Source: Phoronis australis
Lineage: Eukaryota; Animalia; Phoronida
DNA: 64,000 nucleotides
Direction: 5' to 3'
Assembly: GCA_002633005.1 (NCBI GenBank)
Contig: NMRA01000008.1
Coordinates: forward strand, 966,284 to 1,030,283
Shown: positions 63,189 through 64,000 of the stretch, piece by piece
Layout: each line of letters begins with the position of its first letter
Position numbering within the stretch: position 1 is the first letter of the stretch
Program-made: the position numbers and the translations under genes
Notes under the pieces: generated by a model
Database searches by the model: none
Seen by the model: the letters and a program-made list of their open reading frames with translations, nothing else
Told to the model about the DNA's origin: nothing

Positions 63189-63338
63189 TTAAGGAATTCC
63201 TACAAAATGCGTAATAGGTGGACACTTGACCATCAGTTCTTCGTACTTCTGCACAAACACCTTCAGTCTGTTCTTGTAAGTGTCTTCGTTGTATGGAAGC
63301 TTATTGTCCAACAGAAACTTTCGCACTACTGGCTTAAC
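63189..63338 (-). CDS. FADS6: Fatty acid desaturase 6, last coding exon (rest of the gene lies beyond the window end)
   Basis: Acceptor ctttccag at 63339, then VKPVVRKFLLDNKLPYNEDTYKNRLKVFVQKYEELMVKCPPITHFVGIP*. This closely resembles the FADS6 C-terminus as recalled (VKPVVSQFLREKQLPYNEDSY..RF..F...YEE.MV.APPITELVGL). Confidence 0.9.
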   Translation of the reverse strand, partial: VKPVVRKFLLDNKLPYNEDTYKNRLKVFVQKYEELMVKCPPITHFVGIP

Positions 63339-64000
63339 CTGGAAAGATAAAGAACCGTTGGTGAGCAAGGAATGCCATCCAGAACTGAAGTTAGCTGTTA
63401 ACCTGGAGAAAACCAGGAGAAGTTTTCTCTGCGTTTCAAAATAAATTCTAACTACAACATTATATGTGATTTTATGAATTGAAAATCATGCTCGTGCGGT
63501 GAAACATCATAAATTTAGGACAAAATATGGCAACTAATTGGAATTTCATTTTGTCAAAGTTCACAACAAAAATAAATCTTAGGAAAGTTACCGTTAAAGA
63601 CGCTTTTAACAATTCATTTGCCAGTATTTTGCACACAGGCACTTGTGCCAGACTCAGCATACAGGTACAGCTTCACAAATGGGCACATGGGCCACAATAA
63701 TCCGGGTGAAAATAACTGACATACGGTAAAGTCGCGTGATTTTCGGACGGCCCGCCATTTTCGACCAAGAATAAATATTTACAAAATGAGTTTTTCATAG
63801 TCCACGAAATTCGTACAAGGTCCAAAAACTGTTTTTCAAAGATCCTCGCATTTCGGACATTGTCATAAACATCAGAATTTTGTCCCGCGACTTTCGGACA
63901 AGGAAAATTTTAGATACGGTAATTTGGGATCGACGCAACTCCCGTGTCACTAAAGCGTTCAACGGATGATTACTACTGTATAAGGCTCGAGTCCGAGAAT

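Overview
Intron-containing animal genomic DNA, AT-rich and with GT-AG introns. The gene set suggests an invertebrate, probably a lophotrochozoan, but that is an inference. The ORF track is mostly spurious, so genes were assembled by hand from splice sites and reading phase. Five protein-coding genes are supported. (1) GTSF1-like piRNA factor, minus strand, 5 coding exons, 223 aa. (2) EPSTI1-like coiled-coil protein, plus strand, 6 coding exons, 214 aa, head-to-head with GTSF1. (3) Imp-L2/IBP-like secreted two-Ig insulin-binding protein, minus strand, 7 coding exons, 284 aa, with a TATA/Inr/CRE/CCAAT promoter. (4) A secreted single-MAM-domain protein, minus strand, about 190 aa. (5) The last coding exon of FADS6, minus strand. 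The rest is intron and intergenic DNA with MITE families, an internally deleted Tc1-like element, a decayed LINE fragment and satellites. The two most unusual observations are a ~60-bp-period array of degenerate copies of the FADS6 C-terminal coding segment lying downstream of its own stop codon, and a ~5.3-kb foldback-type element with palindromic subrepeat arms inside the last EPSTI1 intron. No CRISPR array, rRNA or intact tRNA is supported. I found no clear-cut new multi-gene system.
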